The notes beneath the pieces were generated by a model. It did not search any database and had not been told where the DNA came from. It was given only the letters and a program-made list of their open reading frames with translations. From IMG/VR virus record IMGVR_UViG_3300045988_109366, positions 85,042 to 149,041 of that record: a stretch of DNA of 64,000 nt; one strand, written 5' to 3'. The translations under genes and the position numbers were made by a program. This DNA comes from a virus. Shown one piece after another: positions 15,887-24,929 of the stretch. How positions within the stretch are numbered: the first letter of the stretch is position 1; each line of letters starts with the position of its first letter.

Positions 15887-17295
15887 TATAATCCAAATCC
15901 CTCGAAGTTAAATAAATCTTGTTGCTTCTTTATCATATCCTTACCGATGTCAGATATCTTTTCCGGATTCAAAACACCCTCATTCTCATCCACCTTCTCT
16001 ATAAAGTCAGATATCTTATCGCTTAGCAGTACCATATCTTCCTTAGGCACTGATTTTAGATAAAGCCCGTCTATAGACCTACATCTTGAAAGAGCGGTAT
16101 ATATCTGCCCTATCTCGAAGGCTCTGCTGATGTCTACGAATATATTATCTAAAGTCATTCCCTGAGATTTATGAACGGTTATAGCGTATCCTAACCTCAA
16201 TGGATATTGTATTATATAGCCGCAAGAAATGCCTTCAAGGGAATCGTCTACCTGCTTATACTTCATCTTCTCCCACTTCTCTTTGGTTATCTCCACCTCA
16301 GTATCGTTATCTAGATGAACATATATCGTCTCATCAACAGTATCTATGCTGGTTATGATCCCCATCGAGCCATTGACATACCCGTTGCCGTTTCTGGTTA
16401 TTATGACCTTAGCTCCTACCTTTACTATAAGCTCATCCTCACAGGGAGCTACAGGCTTTTCCCCGAATACAGTAGCATCGAACTTAAATACCTTATTATT
16501 GATCTTATCAAGATTAGTCTTATTTATCTCATAAGCTTCTTTGTTAGTTGAGCATATAATTATAGTATTATCCATATTATCCGGATACTTGACCCTACTA
16601 TCCAATATCTGTCTTGACTCATCGGTAATAACCCCACATCTTATATCCTCAAGTACGGAAAGAAGCTGAGGATCTTTTTGACGGAATACGTTCTCGAAGG
16701 TAATGACCGAGAATCCTGACGCTCTTAATGCCTTTGATGAGAAAAAGAACCGGCTCTCATAATATTTGTCGATAAAATCATCCTCCGTCACCACAGGCGG
16801 TAGTTGTGATAGATCTCCAAACATAATCAACCTAACGCCACCAAAAGGTTCCTTGCTACGCCTGCATTGTCTAAGTATGTCAGCCACCTCATCAAGCAAA
16901 TCAGGTCTTACCATACTGATCTCGTCGATAACGATAGTATCAAGGTTTCTGATCTTCTTCTTCATAAACGGACTTACATCCACCTTATTAGACAACATAC
17001 CTCTCTCGATAGAAGGGATATAAGGATCGTTCTTTATAGAGAAAAACGAATGAATGGTCTGTCCTCCGGCGTTCAACGCCGCTACTCCAGTTGGGGCTAC
17101 GATAACGCACTTACCCAAGAACTTTACGATACGTCTCATGAACGTACTTTTACCACTACCAGCTCTACCGGTAATAAATAGATTCTCCCTAGTGGTGAAA
17201 ATCTTCTTCAAGGCACGACCCTGCTCTACGTTTTTATCCACCGTCATAATATGACGAAGGAGGTCGTTTTCATTTCTAAAATCCTCTTGTACCAT
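15886..17295 (-). CDS. SF1 PIF1/RecD-like DNA helicase
   Basis: TGRAGSGKST (motif I), APTGVAA, VIDEISMV (motif II), GDLSQLPPV, and C-terminal TVHKSQGMT...ALSRCRS. Confidence 0.9.
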   Translation of the reverse strand: MVQEDFRNENDLLRHIMTVDKNVEQGRALKKIFTTRENLFITGRAGSGKSTFMRRIVKFLGKCVIVAPTGVAALNAGGQTIHSFFSIKNDPYIPSIERGMLSNKVDVSPFMKKKIRNLDTIVIDEISMVRPDLLDEVADILRQCRRSKEPFGGVRLIMFGDLSQLPPVVTEDDFIDKYYESRFFFSSKALRASGFSVITFENVFRQKDPQLLSVLEDIRCGVITDESRQILDSRVKYPDNMDNTIIICSTNKEAYEINKTNLDKINNKVFKFDATVFGEKPVAPCEDELIVKVGAKVIITRNGNGYVNGSMGIITSIDTVDETIYVHLDNDTEVEITKEKWEKMKYKQVDDSLEGISCGYIIQYPLRLGYAITVHKSQGMTLDNIFVDISRAFEIGQIYTALSRCRSIDGLYLKSVPKEDMVLLSDKISDFIEKVDENEGVLNPEKISDIGKDMIKKQQDLFNFEGFGL

Positions 17296-17315
17296 ATCTT
17301 TTTATGTTTATGGTA

Positions 17316-17323
17316 CAAAGATA
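17316..17323 (-). promoter_or_regulatory. -7 box TATCTTTG (minus strand) upstream of the helicase gene
   Basis: Plus strand CAAAGATA lies about 20 nt before ATG 17295. It matches the TGTATCTTTG consensus seen at five other genes. Confidence 0.5.
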
Positions 17324-17398
17324 CGAATAGTTATAATTAACCATTAAAAATAAATGTAAACAATATATAAATATTAAATTTTATATCTGATACTCAAA

Positions 17399-18541
17399 TC
17401 ATCCGGCTTTACTCATCTCTGACCCTTTTACCCCTAAAAAGACGTCTTTTATAAAATCTTCGGAGATGATTATATGCATTATCTTTCCTCTGTATGATAG
17501 TCTTAGGTGTCCGATAGTTATATTTTTCCTGTCTTTGGTATTAACTATTCCGTTGTTTTTCTTTACCTCATCATATAAATCGGATATAGTCTTACAGCAC
17601 ATACTAAGAACTTCTTTTATCATCCGATATACCGTTCTTTGGGATATTAGCATCATACCTTCTTTTGATAACTTTATATTCAATCTATCCATAAGATATG
17701 ACACATTGAATTTGACAGTTCTTTTTTTAGTTACCTTATATATCTTATTTATATTTCTGTTTCTAGCTGAGAATATTATTTTTGATAACATCTTGACTCT
17801 ATTTAATTTACGACTTTTGTTAGCCATCCATCTTCTGGTATTCGAATCAAGATTTTTATCAAGGCAGGTATATACAGATTCTCCTTTCTTTACAAACATA
17901 TCCTTTATCCTTGGGGTCTTACTAGCCCTATGCTTGTATTTTATGATATCCGATAAAGCTATCATAATCTCTCCTTCAGCCCAAGCCTTTAAGCTTATAA
18001 GCTGGTAGTTCATATCCTCATGAGAATCCCTTAACACATGACGGTAGCAGAAATAAGCGCATCCATCTGATAGGATATCAATAAAATCATTGGTATTGAT
18101 CTCTATCTGATCTCTATTCCCGCCATGCATCCTATTTCTTAGAAACACATGTTTGAATACGTTTATGATAATAAGATATATCATTGCCATCTTACATTCA
18201 TCACTGATCTGAATACCTGATCCATGATACTCCTCATGTTTCAATGAATATTTTATAGCTGTCACTTTTTTGCCTTCCTTATTGGTAACAGGTTTAAAAT
18301 CGACTGGACATATAAGTGACCCGGCTGGAAGTTTTACGCATCCTAGCTCATCTTTTTTGGCCTGAATATTACGTGGAGTATATCTTTCGGTAATAATCTT
18401 ATCGAAATTTGATTTCATCATATGTAAAATTCCTATCTTTGTTCCCATATGTTTTTTTTTTTTATTTGCTGCGAATATACAAGTTTCATCAATACGAAAC
18501 AAATTATTCGGATGGATGGGTAGCCTGTGAAGGTCGCCCAT
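17399..18541 (-). CDS. hypothetical basic protein, first gene of the minus-strand arm
   Basis: 380-aa ORF. An alternative start at 18448 (MGTKIG...) lies just after an A12 run. Confidence 0.6.
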   Translation of the reverse strand: MGDLHRLPIHPNNLFRIDETCIFAANKKKKHMGTKIGILHMMKSNFDKIITERYTPRNIQAKKDELGCVKLPAGSLICPVDFKPVTNKEGKKVTAIKYSLKHEEYHGSGIQISDECKMAMIYLIIINVFKHVFLRNRMHGGNRDQIEINTNDFIDILSDGCAYFCYRHVLRDSHEDMNYQLISLKAWAEGEIMIALSDIIKYKHRASKTPRIKDMFVKKGESVYTCLDKNLDSNTRRWMANKSRKLNRVKMLSKIIFSARNRNINKIYKVTKKRTVKFNVSYLMDRLNIKLSKEGMMLISQRTVYRMIKEVLSMCCKTISDLYDEVKKNNGIVNTKDRKNITIGHLRLSYRGKIMHIIISEDFIKDVFLGVKGSEMSKAG

Positions 18542-18783
18542 TTGTTGTTTATACGAAATTATCGTAATAAATTAGAGGGGGTAAATCACTGTGTTTGTGG
18601 AAGATCATTTTTGACACGACACTTGTTACGCGCGCGTTAATAGGTATATTTATTAAATATAATTAACTCTATAAACATATACTACTTTCTAATATCCCTA
18701 TCCGTACACAGAACCTCTCCTGACGTCGAGTTCCTGTGTACTCCACTTAAAGTCTCTATTTAATAAAACATTGCTTTTTACCG

Positions 18784-19382
18784 CCAAGGTATGGTGCCGT
18801 CAGGCAGGATACCGCAGGCTAAACATGGTAGAAGCCGTATCCTATACCGGAAGCCGGTACCCCGGTAGGGGGATCGGGTGGAGCATAAGCCAAAGAAGAA
18901 AAAGCGAGGTCTTGTACGATCGCTCGCGCTCCGGCCGTCCGTATCTTCTACGGCAGGCTCCATGCCCCAGGGCCTCCCATTTCCCTTGGCTTTATATCCC
19001 ACAGCTTAGGAGGAAGGAATCCAAAGGGAAAAAGGTAAGGTCTTGTACGGTCGCTCACGCTCCGGCCGTCCGTATCTTCTACGGCAGGCTCCATGTCAAT
19101 AGCGAATCTCTGGCGGCATTGTCCGGTATGACGGCGGTAGCCTTACCCTGGGTGTCCCCGAGCGTCCCCCACCAACCTTTTCCCTTTGGATGCCTTGGGC
19201 TATGTCATGGGACGATAAGAAGCCAAAAAAAGGAGTGGTCGCATCCCGTGAGGCAGGATAAGACTGTCCCCCTCCGTCCACGTGCGTAGCGTACGTTAAC
19301 TTCACTGCCCTCGCTATTGCAGACAGCCGTAGACATACATGGCTTCGTTCGTCCTACCCCCCAACTAGCTTTTATCCTTTGG
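18784..19382. repeat. GC-rich array of four structured units (candidate ncRNA locus)
   Basis: Unit 1 starts at 18784. The others are 18890-18989, 19021-19189 (termini CCAAAGGGAAAAAGG / CCTTTTCCCTTTGG) and 19223-19382. A 58-nt direct repeat (18907-18964 and 19038-19095) shows 2 mismatches. No credible ORF. Confidence 0.6.
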
Positions 19383-19460
19383 ATTCTCGTAAATACATGC
19401 TAGTCAGCATATATTATGTCGATTATGGCAAAATTTCTTGACAACGATATTTTTTTTAAG

Positions 19461-19468
19461 TAGTTTTG
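19461..19468 (+). promoter_or_regulatory. -7 box TAGTTTTG upstream of the first plus-strand gene
   Basis: Matches TAnnTTTG, 18 nt before ATG 19486. Confidence 0.45.
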
Positions 19469-19485
19469 CTGAAAACTAATTCCAT

Positions 19486-19899
19486 ATGTCTGAACAGAGG
19501 AAAGCTTTCGTATTCGCATTACCTTATGATACTAGACTGGATATGATCCAGCAGTTCTTAAGGATATACAACGGCTATCTGGATTCCAAGGGTAGGAGCT
19601 TGATTACAGAAAGAACGATAAACTTACTTTCTTTCTACATCAACTACGGATACTCTGATGATACCAGGGCTAAGTACATGGATTGTCATGGACAGAAGGA
19701 GTCTTACATCGCTGTCCTTAACAACGAGCTTAAACGTGGTGGTTTTCTGGTGGACAAGAAGAACGGGAATTTCCGTACCCGTGAGCTGTCTATTGAGATG
19801 AGAAGCCTACGTAACTATTTTATTCTTGATGGGGAGGGTGATGATACCCGTGTAATGGGATTCGTATTCAAGAGAAACAAATTGGATATTGATGGGTAG
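19486..19899 (+). CDS. hypothetical protein
   Basis: 137-aa ORF, first of the plus-strand arm. Confidence 0.55.
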   Translation: MSEQRKAFVFALPYDTRLDMIQQFLRIYNGYLDSKGRSLITERTINLLSFYINYGYSDDTRAKYMDCHGQKESYIAVLNNELKRGGFLVDKKNGNFRTRELSIEMRSLRNYFILDGEGDDTRVMGFVFKRNKLDIDG

Positions 19900-20332
19900 G
19901 AATCTTATTTCATTCGATAGGGATATCGTGGATGAGGTGGTAAGAAGATCTGATGGGAAGTTCACCAAACAACAGGTAGAGTGGTGCATGAAAGCATCCG
20001 TATCTTACGTCCACCACCTAGCTAGGTATACTGACAATATATCTATCAGAATCCCGTTTATCGGATACGTTATATGCAATCTCCGAGAGATGCGTGTAAG
20101 GCGTGATAAGATACGTCGGATATTTGTCAAGGAAGGTAATCGTTATCCGGATGAAAGGATGCCTATTGAGCTTGATTGTCTGGATAAGAAGATTAAGGCG
20201 ATAGAGGATATGGAGGGGTTAAAGAACGGAGATCCTCTTATACGTGATAACCATGAGGCCATGTATCAATGTCGGTATGGAATGACATGGGAACAATTAC
20301 AGGATTTTCAACAAAAACAGTTTAAAAAATAA
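19889..20332 (+). CDS. hypothetical protein
   Basis: 147-aa ORF overlapping the upstream stop. Confidence 0.55.
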   Translation: MMGRNLISFDRDIVDEVVRRSDGKFTKQQVEWCMKASVSYVHHLARYTDNISIRIPFIGYVICNLREMRVRRDKIRRIFVKEGNRYPDERMPIELDCLDKKIKAIEDMEGLKNGDPLIRDNHEAMYQCRYGMTWEQLQDFQQKQFKK

Positions 20333-20337
20333 TTATC

Positions 20338-21036
20338 GTGCAAACAATTGGTAAAGCCCAAGTAATAGCCCAAGCTTGGGAAGACAGTTTATTGGGCAGG
20401 ATTCCTAAGGATAAGAAAGATTATCCCGAATGGTATAAGAATCGTCTTGAATTATGTAAGAAATGTTCTAAGAACTCTTCTAATATAGCTTTCTTTAAGT
20501 TACCGGCTAAGGTAATATTGCAAAGATTGATGGGTAGGCAGGCTTGCTCGTTGTGTGGTTGTTTTATCAAGGAGAAGGCTTGGATGAAGACCGAGGTATG
20601 CCCGTTGAAGTTCGTGGAAGGAGAGAAAGCTAAATGGAATGCTATGGAGGTGATAACAGCCGATCATAACGATTTTAACATCGAGTGCCCTAACGATTCC
20701 TTTGATATAGGACTGACGGATGATGAGAGCGAGTTTTATCTAAATATTTTTGATCAGAAAATAGGTGATAAGATAGAAATCGTGTTATTTATCACCCATA
20801 AAGATGGTTTCCATGTCAATGAGCATCATCTTGGATGTGGATGTATGGGAGACGTGTCATATAACAAACATCCTGACAATGAGAATAGAACTATATTTAG
20901 GATGACGTTGGATACCTCAAAATACACGGAAGGTCATTTTGAGAAACATCTATCTCTTATGGGTTATACTAAGGATGATCCTGAACGTAATTTCAAACAT
21001 TTCCCGCTACGTATTATAGGGGAAGCTTATAAGTAA
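20338..21036 (+). CDS. hypothetical Cys-rich protein
   Basis: 232 aa with CKKCS...CSLCGC...CP clusters and a GTG start. Confidence 0.5.
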   Translation: MQTIGKAQVIAQAWEDSLLGRIPKDKKDYPEWYKNRLELCKKCSKNSSNIAFFKLPAKVILQRLMGRQACSLCGCFIKEKAWMKTEVCPLKFVEGEKAKWNAMEVITADHNDFNIECPNDSFDIGLTDDESEFYLNIFDQKIGDKIEIVLFITHKDGFHVNEHHLGCGCMGDVSYNKHPDNENRTIFRMTLDTSKYTEGHFEKHLSLMGYTKDDPERNFKHFPLRIIGEAYK

Positions 21037-21041
21037 ATACT

Positions 21042-21290
21042 ATGCGAAGTCCCGTAAGAAGTAAGATAGATGATCGTATCCATGCTCTTATTGTTATGGA
21101 AGTCGGTTGCCGTGAGTTGCCCGAATATTCGCTGGGTGATATACTTTACTCCGCTTTAAGGAGAGTTGCTAGGGCTAATGGTGGTAACGTACGCTTCTTG
21201 CGGGATGTTAGTACCAGGGATTTATTAAGAATAATAGATCAGAGTATCAGTGATGAGATCGAGTTAAATAACAATGATTATAATGCGTAA
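21042..21290 (+). CDS. hypothetical protein
   Basis: 82-aa ORF. Confidence 0.5.
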   Translation: MRSPVRSKIDDRIHALIVMEVGCRELPEYSLGDILYSALRRVARANGGNVRFLRDVSTRDLLRIIDQSISDEIELNNNDYNA

Positions 21291-21834
21291 TATGGAAGAT
21301 AAAGATATAAAAACAGAGATCAGGGATTATCTTAAAGAAGAGGCGGATACCCATATAAGGCATTGGATAGCCATAAAACGTGAGAGCAAGCGTCTGTATA
21401 GCGATATTGAGGATAGGACTAAGAAGATAGCCCTTAAATCATCTTCGTTGATAAAGGAGGAGGATTTTGTCGTTCTTCATGAGATGACCCATAAGATACA
21501 GATGTTGAATATAGAGGCTGTAAAAGTCAATTCTAGGTTGATGTTCATAATCCAGTTGGCTACTAGCTTCGGTATGGATCTGGATTTAGACACGACATAT
21601 GCGTCCACCGCCAAGAGTATTATAGAAGACAGAACGTCTGGATTCGTGTTTTATGATGACAAGGAACGTCTTAGATATGCTGACAAGGAGCTTGAGGATA
21701 TGTTCCATGATATGAGTGTGACGGAAGTAAGTAAGATAGGTGTTGTTCAATCTTATGAGCTTCTTATGAAGCAGTATAACGAATTTAAGGAAATAAAGGC
21801 CAATGCCACAGGGAAGACGAAAGCCGACGAGTAA
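21274..21834 (+). CDS. hypothetical protein
   Basis: 186-aa ORF. Confidence 0.5.
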   Translation: MIIMRNMEDKDIKTEIRDYLKEEADTHIRHWIAIKRESKRLYSDIEDRTKKIALKSSSLIKEEDFVVLHEMTHKIQMLNIEAVKVNSRLMFIIQLATSFGMDLDLDTTYASTAKSIIEDRTSGFVFYDDKERLRYADKELEDMFHDMSVTEVSKIGVVQSYELLMKQYNEFKEIKANATGKTKADE

Positions 21835-22123
21835 GGATGTTGATCGGGTTAATGACAATCTTGAGGTCATATCCAAGGCCGTGGATGATGCCAAGGCTTA
21901 TATTGATAAGCATCCTTGGGACAAGGAGAAGCCGGAGGATATGGCAAGGGCATTTGACTTCATATCAAAATTAATCGATAAGATAAATACATGGAATGAT
22001 TCTTATATGGAGAAAAGTGGGATCATGGATGTATATAGGTCTGTAAGCAATGTCCAGAAAAAGGAACGTAAGGGTCAGGTTTCTGGTGGAATCGAGTCTG
22101 TTTTAAAGGATATTATGAAATGA
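21803..22123 (+). CDS. hypothetical protein (small-terminase candidate by position only)
   Basis: 106-aa ORF whose stop overlaps the TerL start. Confidence 0.45.
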   Translation: MPQGRRKPTSKDVDRVNDNLEVISKAVDDAKAYIDKHPWDKEKPEDMARAFDFISKLIDKINTWNDSYMEKSGIMDVYRSVSNVQKKERKGQVSGGIESVLKDIMK

Positions 22124-24909
22124 GTCTAAGTACGAGTCCAGAATTTTATGTAAACATGAAAAATCCTCCTGTATGGAACGATCTGTTCGGTTGGGAGGAT
22201 CAGGATGACGATGTTAAGCAGTTCTTTAAGGAAGAGGCTTATAAGGTCAAGTACGGGGTGACTATCAATGGTACGTTCATCCCTCCATGGCTTTATTGGC
22301 ATGTTAATTTCTTTCCCGTATTCCAGGATCTTCCAAACGGGGAACGTGTGCCAGCGATCAGTCGTTTGCGTGACAACGAATGGTTTTTCGCCGAGATGTA
22401 CCAACGTGCCCGTCAGGAGAAGAAAGGGTTGGGGATGTTTGGTACTCGTCGTTTTGGCAAGGCTCTTCTGGACTCGGAGCTTATATACACTCCTTATGGT
22501 TCCAAGAAAATAGGATTCGCCGATATAGGAGATATCATATACGGTGATGACGGGAATCTTACTACCATAGTGGGCGTATATCCTCAGGGATTCGTTGATA
22601 CGTACAAAGTGACCTTTGAGGACGGTCGCAGCGTGGTGTGTTGCGGGCAGCACCAGTGGAAAGTCAAGTATCATGGTGATTATAAGGTTATGAGCACTAT
22701 TGGTATCATCCATTCTGACTTCTCCAAAATGACTATAGATATTGGGGAGGCGGTAGATTTCCCCGAGCGGCGGTGGCTGATATCGCCCCAGCTCATGGGG
22801 TCTCTGACCGCCTCTTTCCTTTGTGGCGCTACCGACAGGATCTTTGAGCTAAGCAATAAGGAGATGGATGATATTATTTATTCATCCAAAAAACAGAAAG
22901 AGTTGTTTATAAGCTCATTCATGAAGATAGCTTGCGGTATAAATACCGGTGACGATCGTTTTAAGGTCGTTTACAAAAGTGAGTATATTATATCATTCGT
23001 AAGAAGAATATTCTGGTCTATGGGATATTATTGCGTCATGGATGGTGATGATATGTATATATCCAAGACCCATAATAGGCTTAGGATATCCGATATAGAT
23101 TATTACGGGAAATATAAAGCTACTTGTATTGAGGTCGATAATAAGTCCCATCAGTTTCTTACCACCAATTTTGTCGTATCCCATAATACGACTATCATGT
23201 CATCCCTTCTTCAGATGAACGCTACCATGACGATCGGGCTTAGTCATTCCGTGGTAGGTTTCAGCGATAGCGATTTATCTAATATAGGTGAGTATTGTGA
23301 GTATGGGCTTGATCATGTGCATCCTTTTTTCAGGATTAACAGGACCAAGACCGATTGGAGTTCTGGTGTCACCTTAGGCAAGCGTATGTCCAACGGGGTT
23401 CGTGATGTTCATGCCATAATATCCATAGCCAATATCAACATGGGTAGGAAGACATCCACGCAGAAGACTGCCGGTCTGACCCCAGCCACGGCTATTTTCG
23501 ACGAGGTAGGTAAGGGACCTATCAAGAAACCGTACACGGCCGCCATGCCGTCCTACGACACTCCTTATGGCTGGCGTCTCAGTCCTATCTTGGCCGGTAC
23601 CGGTGGTGAGGTGGAACTATCCAAGGACGCTCAGGAGATGTTCTCTGATCCTGATACATACAATCTCCTGGTCATGGACTGGGATATTTTAAATCGGAGA
23701 GCCATGAAAGGGAAAACATGGAAAGAAAGGAAATGGGCGATGTTTGTCCCCGGTCAGATGGCTAACTCCGGTGTTAAGAGAACTATAGGATTGGGCGATT
23801 ATCTTGGTAAGCCTGATGACAAGAAGCTTAATAAGATCAAGATCGACGCTACTGATTTCGAGGCTAGTACCAATAAACTTAATGAGGAACGGAAGAAACT
23901 ATCTACAAAAGATAGGGTTGCGTACACTTCTCATACCATGTTCTATCCATTTACGATTGACGACTGTTTTTTAAGCTCATCCCAGAACCTATTCCCGGTC
24001 GAGTACGCTATCAAGCATAAGAATGATCTCCTTGAGTCGGGGCAATATAGCGGTATGCTGTGTGATGTCTTTCTTGAGTCAGGTAATAAACTGGGGACTA
24101 CTAAATCGAATAAGCAACTGGCTGGATTCCCGTTTAGCGGCGGTGTTATTGACGCTCCTGTCCAGATATTCGAGATGCCTCAATCCAATAGGTTTGATGA
24201 TTTTATTTATGTGGCGGGCCAAGATCCGTATAAGCAGGCCAAGTCTGATACTCCTTCATTGGGATCCTTTTATATATTCAAAAGGCGTGTTGGTATCCGA
24301 GATCCTTATGCCTATAGAATAGTTGCCTCTTACGTATCCCGCCCATCATCTATAGACCAATTCTGCCGTACGTGCGAGGTACTTCAGAAAGGATATGGTG
24401 CTATATGTCTTATGGAGAACGCTGACCAGATGTATGAGCAGTATCTTAACCGTAAAAGCGGTATGCCAGCGTCTTTCTTTCTGTTTGCTGGTGAGGCAAT
24501 AGCCAATAAGTATGTGAAGGCCGGCTCCCGGCAGAACAGCAAGCTGGGGCTATACCCTACCCCTGGCAACCAGAACCTGCTCTTCTCCTGCGTGGTGGAT
24601 TATTGCTGGCAGGATTTCGTTATCGGTTATGATGATCAGATTGGTCTTGATATAACTGTCAAGGGTATTGAATTGATTGATGATATAGCCCTATTGGATG
24701 AGATAATACAGTACAAGCCCGGATTGAACGTCGATAGGATAATAGCCTTCGGGCATGCGTTGGTTCTCGCTAGGTATTTTGATGATAACAATTACATGCC
24801 TAAATCGAAGATCGAGGAGATGAATAACGCCCGTAAGGAAGACGCTTATAAACACCATGAGGTATATGCCTCTGCCTTTGGATCGGTATCTATAGGTGCG
24901 TTTCGGTAG
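22120..24909 (+). CDS. terL: terminase large subunit, intein-containing precursor
   Basis: Walker A GTRRFGK is split from TT by the insert. Walker B-like AIFDEVG and the nuclease-domain-like VAGQDPY are present. Followed by a portal-sized ORF. Confidence 0.85.
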   Translation: MSLSTSPEFYVNMKNPPVWNDLFGWEDQDDDVKQFFKEEAYKVKYGVTINGTFIPPWLYWHVNFFPVFQDLPNGERVPAISRLRDNEWFFAEMYQRARQEKKGLGMFGTRRFGKALLDSELIYTPYGSKKIGFADIGDIIYGDDGNLTTIVGVYPQGFVDTYKVTFEDGRSVVCCGQHQWKVKYHGDYKVMSTIGIIHSDFSKMTIDIGEAVDFPERRWLISPQLMGSLTASFLCGATDRIFELSNKEMDDIIYSSKKQKELFISSFMKIACGINTGDDRFKVVYKSEYIISFVRRIFWSMGYYCVMDGDDMYISKTHNRLRISDIDYYGKYKATCIEVDNKSHQFLTTNFVVSHNTTIMSSLLQMNATMTIGLSHSVVGFSDSDLSNIGEYCEYGLDHVHPFFRINRTKTDWSSGVTLGKRMSNGVRDVHAIISIANINMGRKTSTQKTAGLTPATAIFDEVGKGPIKKPYTAAMPSYDTPYGWRLSPILAGTGGEVELSKDAQEMFSDPDTYNLLVMDWDILNRRAMKGKTWKERKWAMFVPGQMANSGVKRTIGLGDYLGKPDDKKLNKIKIDATDFEASTNKLNEERKKLSTKDRVAYTSHTMFYPFTIDDCFLSSSQNLFPVEYAIKHKNDLLESGQYSGMLCDVFLESGNKLGTTKSNKQLAGFPFSGGVIDAPVQIFEMPQSNRFDDFIYVAGQDPYKQAKSDTPSLGSFYIFKRRVGIRDPYAYRIVASYVSRPSSIDQFCRTCEVLQKGYGAICLMENADQMYEQYLNRKSGMPASFFLFAGEAIANKYVKAGSRQNSKLGLYPTPGNQNLLFSCVVDYCWQDFVIGYDDQIGLDITVKGIELIDDIALLDEIIQYKPGLNVDRIIAFGHALVLARYFDDNNYMPKSKIEEMNNARKEDAYKHHEVYASAFGSVSIGAFR
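22462..23187 (+). mobile_element. intein (242 aa, residues A115-N356 of the TerL ORF), class-3-like
   Basis: Block A is ALLDSELI, block B GRSVVCCGQHQW, block F KATCIEVDNKSHQF and block G NFVVSHN, followed by Thr. Excision restores GTRRFGKTT. Confidence 0.8.
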
Positions 24910-24929
24910 TTTATGGTATATTTATAATA

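Noticed and set aside
18771-19305. ORFs 18771..19289 (+), 18778..19002 (-) and 19096..19305 (-) in the divergent region, and the possibility of a CRISPR array there.
   Set aside because: The ORFs overlap each other in a GC-rich island and are Arg/Pro/Gly-rich, typical of spurious GC-driven frames. The direct repeat is present only twice (58 nt, 131-nt period), and no cas genes lie in the window, so it is not a CRISPR array.
22700-23110. LAGLIDADG homing endonuclease domain inside the TerL intein.
   Set aside because: Segments such as LMGSLTASFLCGATD and FMKIACGINTGDD only vaguely resemble LAGLIDADG motifs, and the insert between intein blocks B and F is only about 145 aa. I therefore report a possible degenerate module, not an endonuclease.
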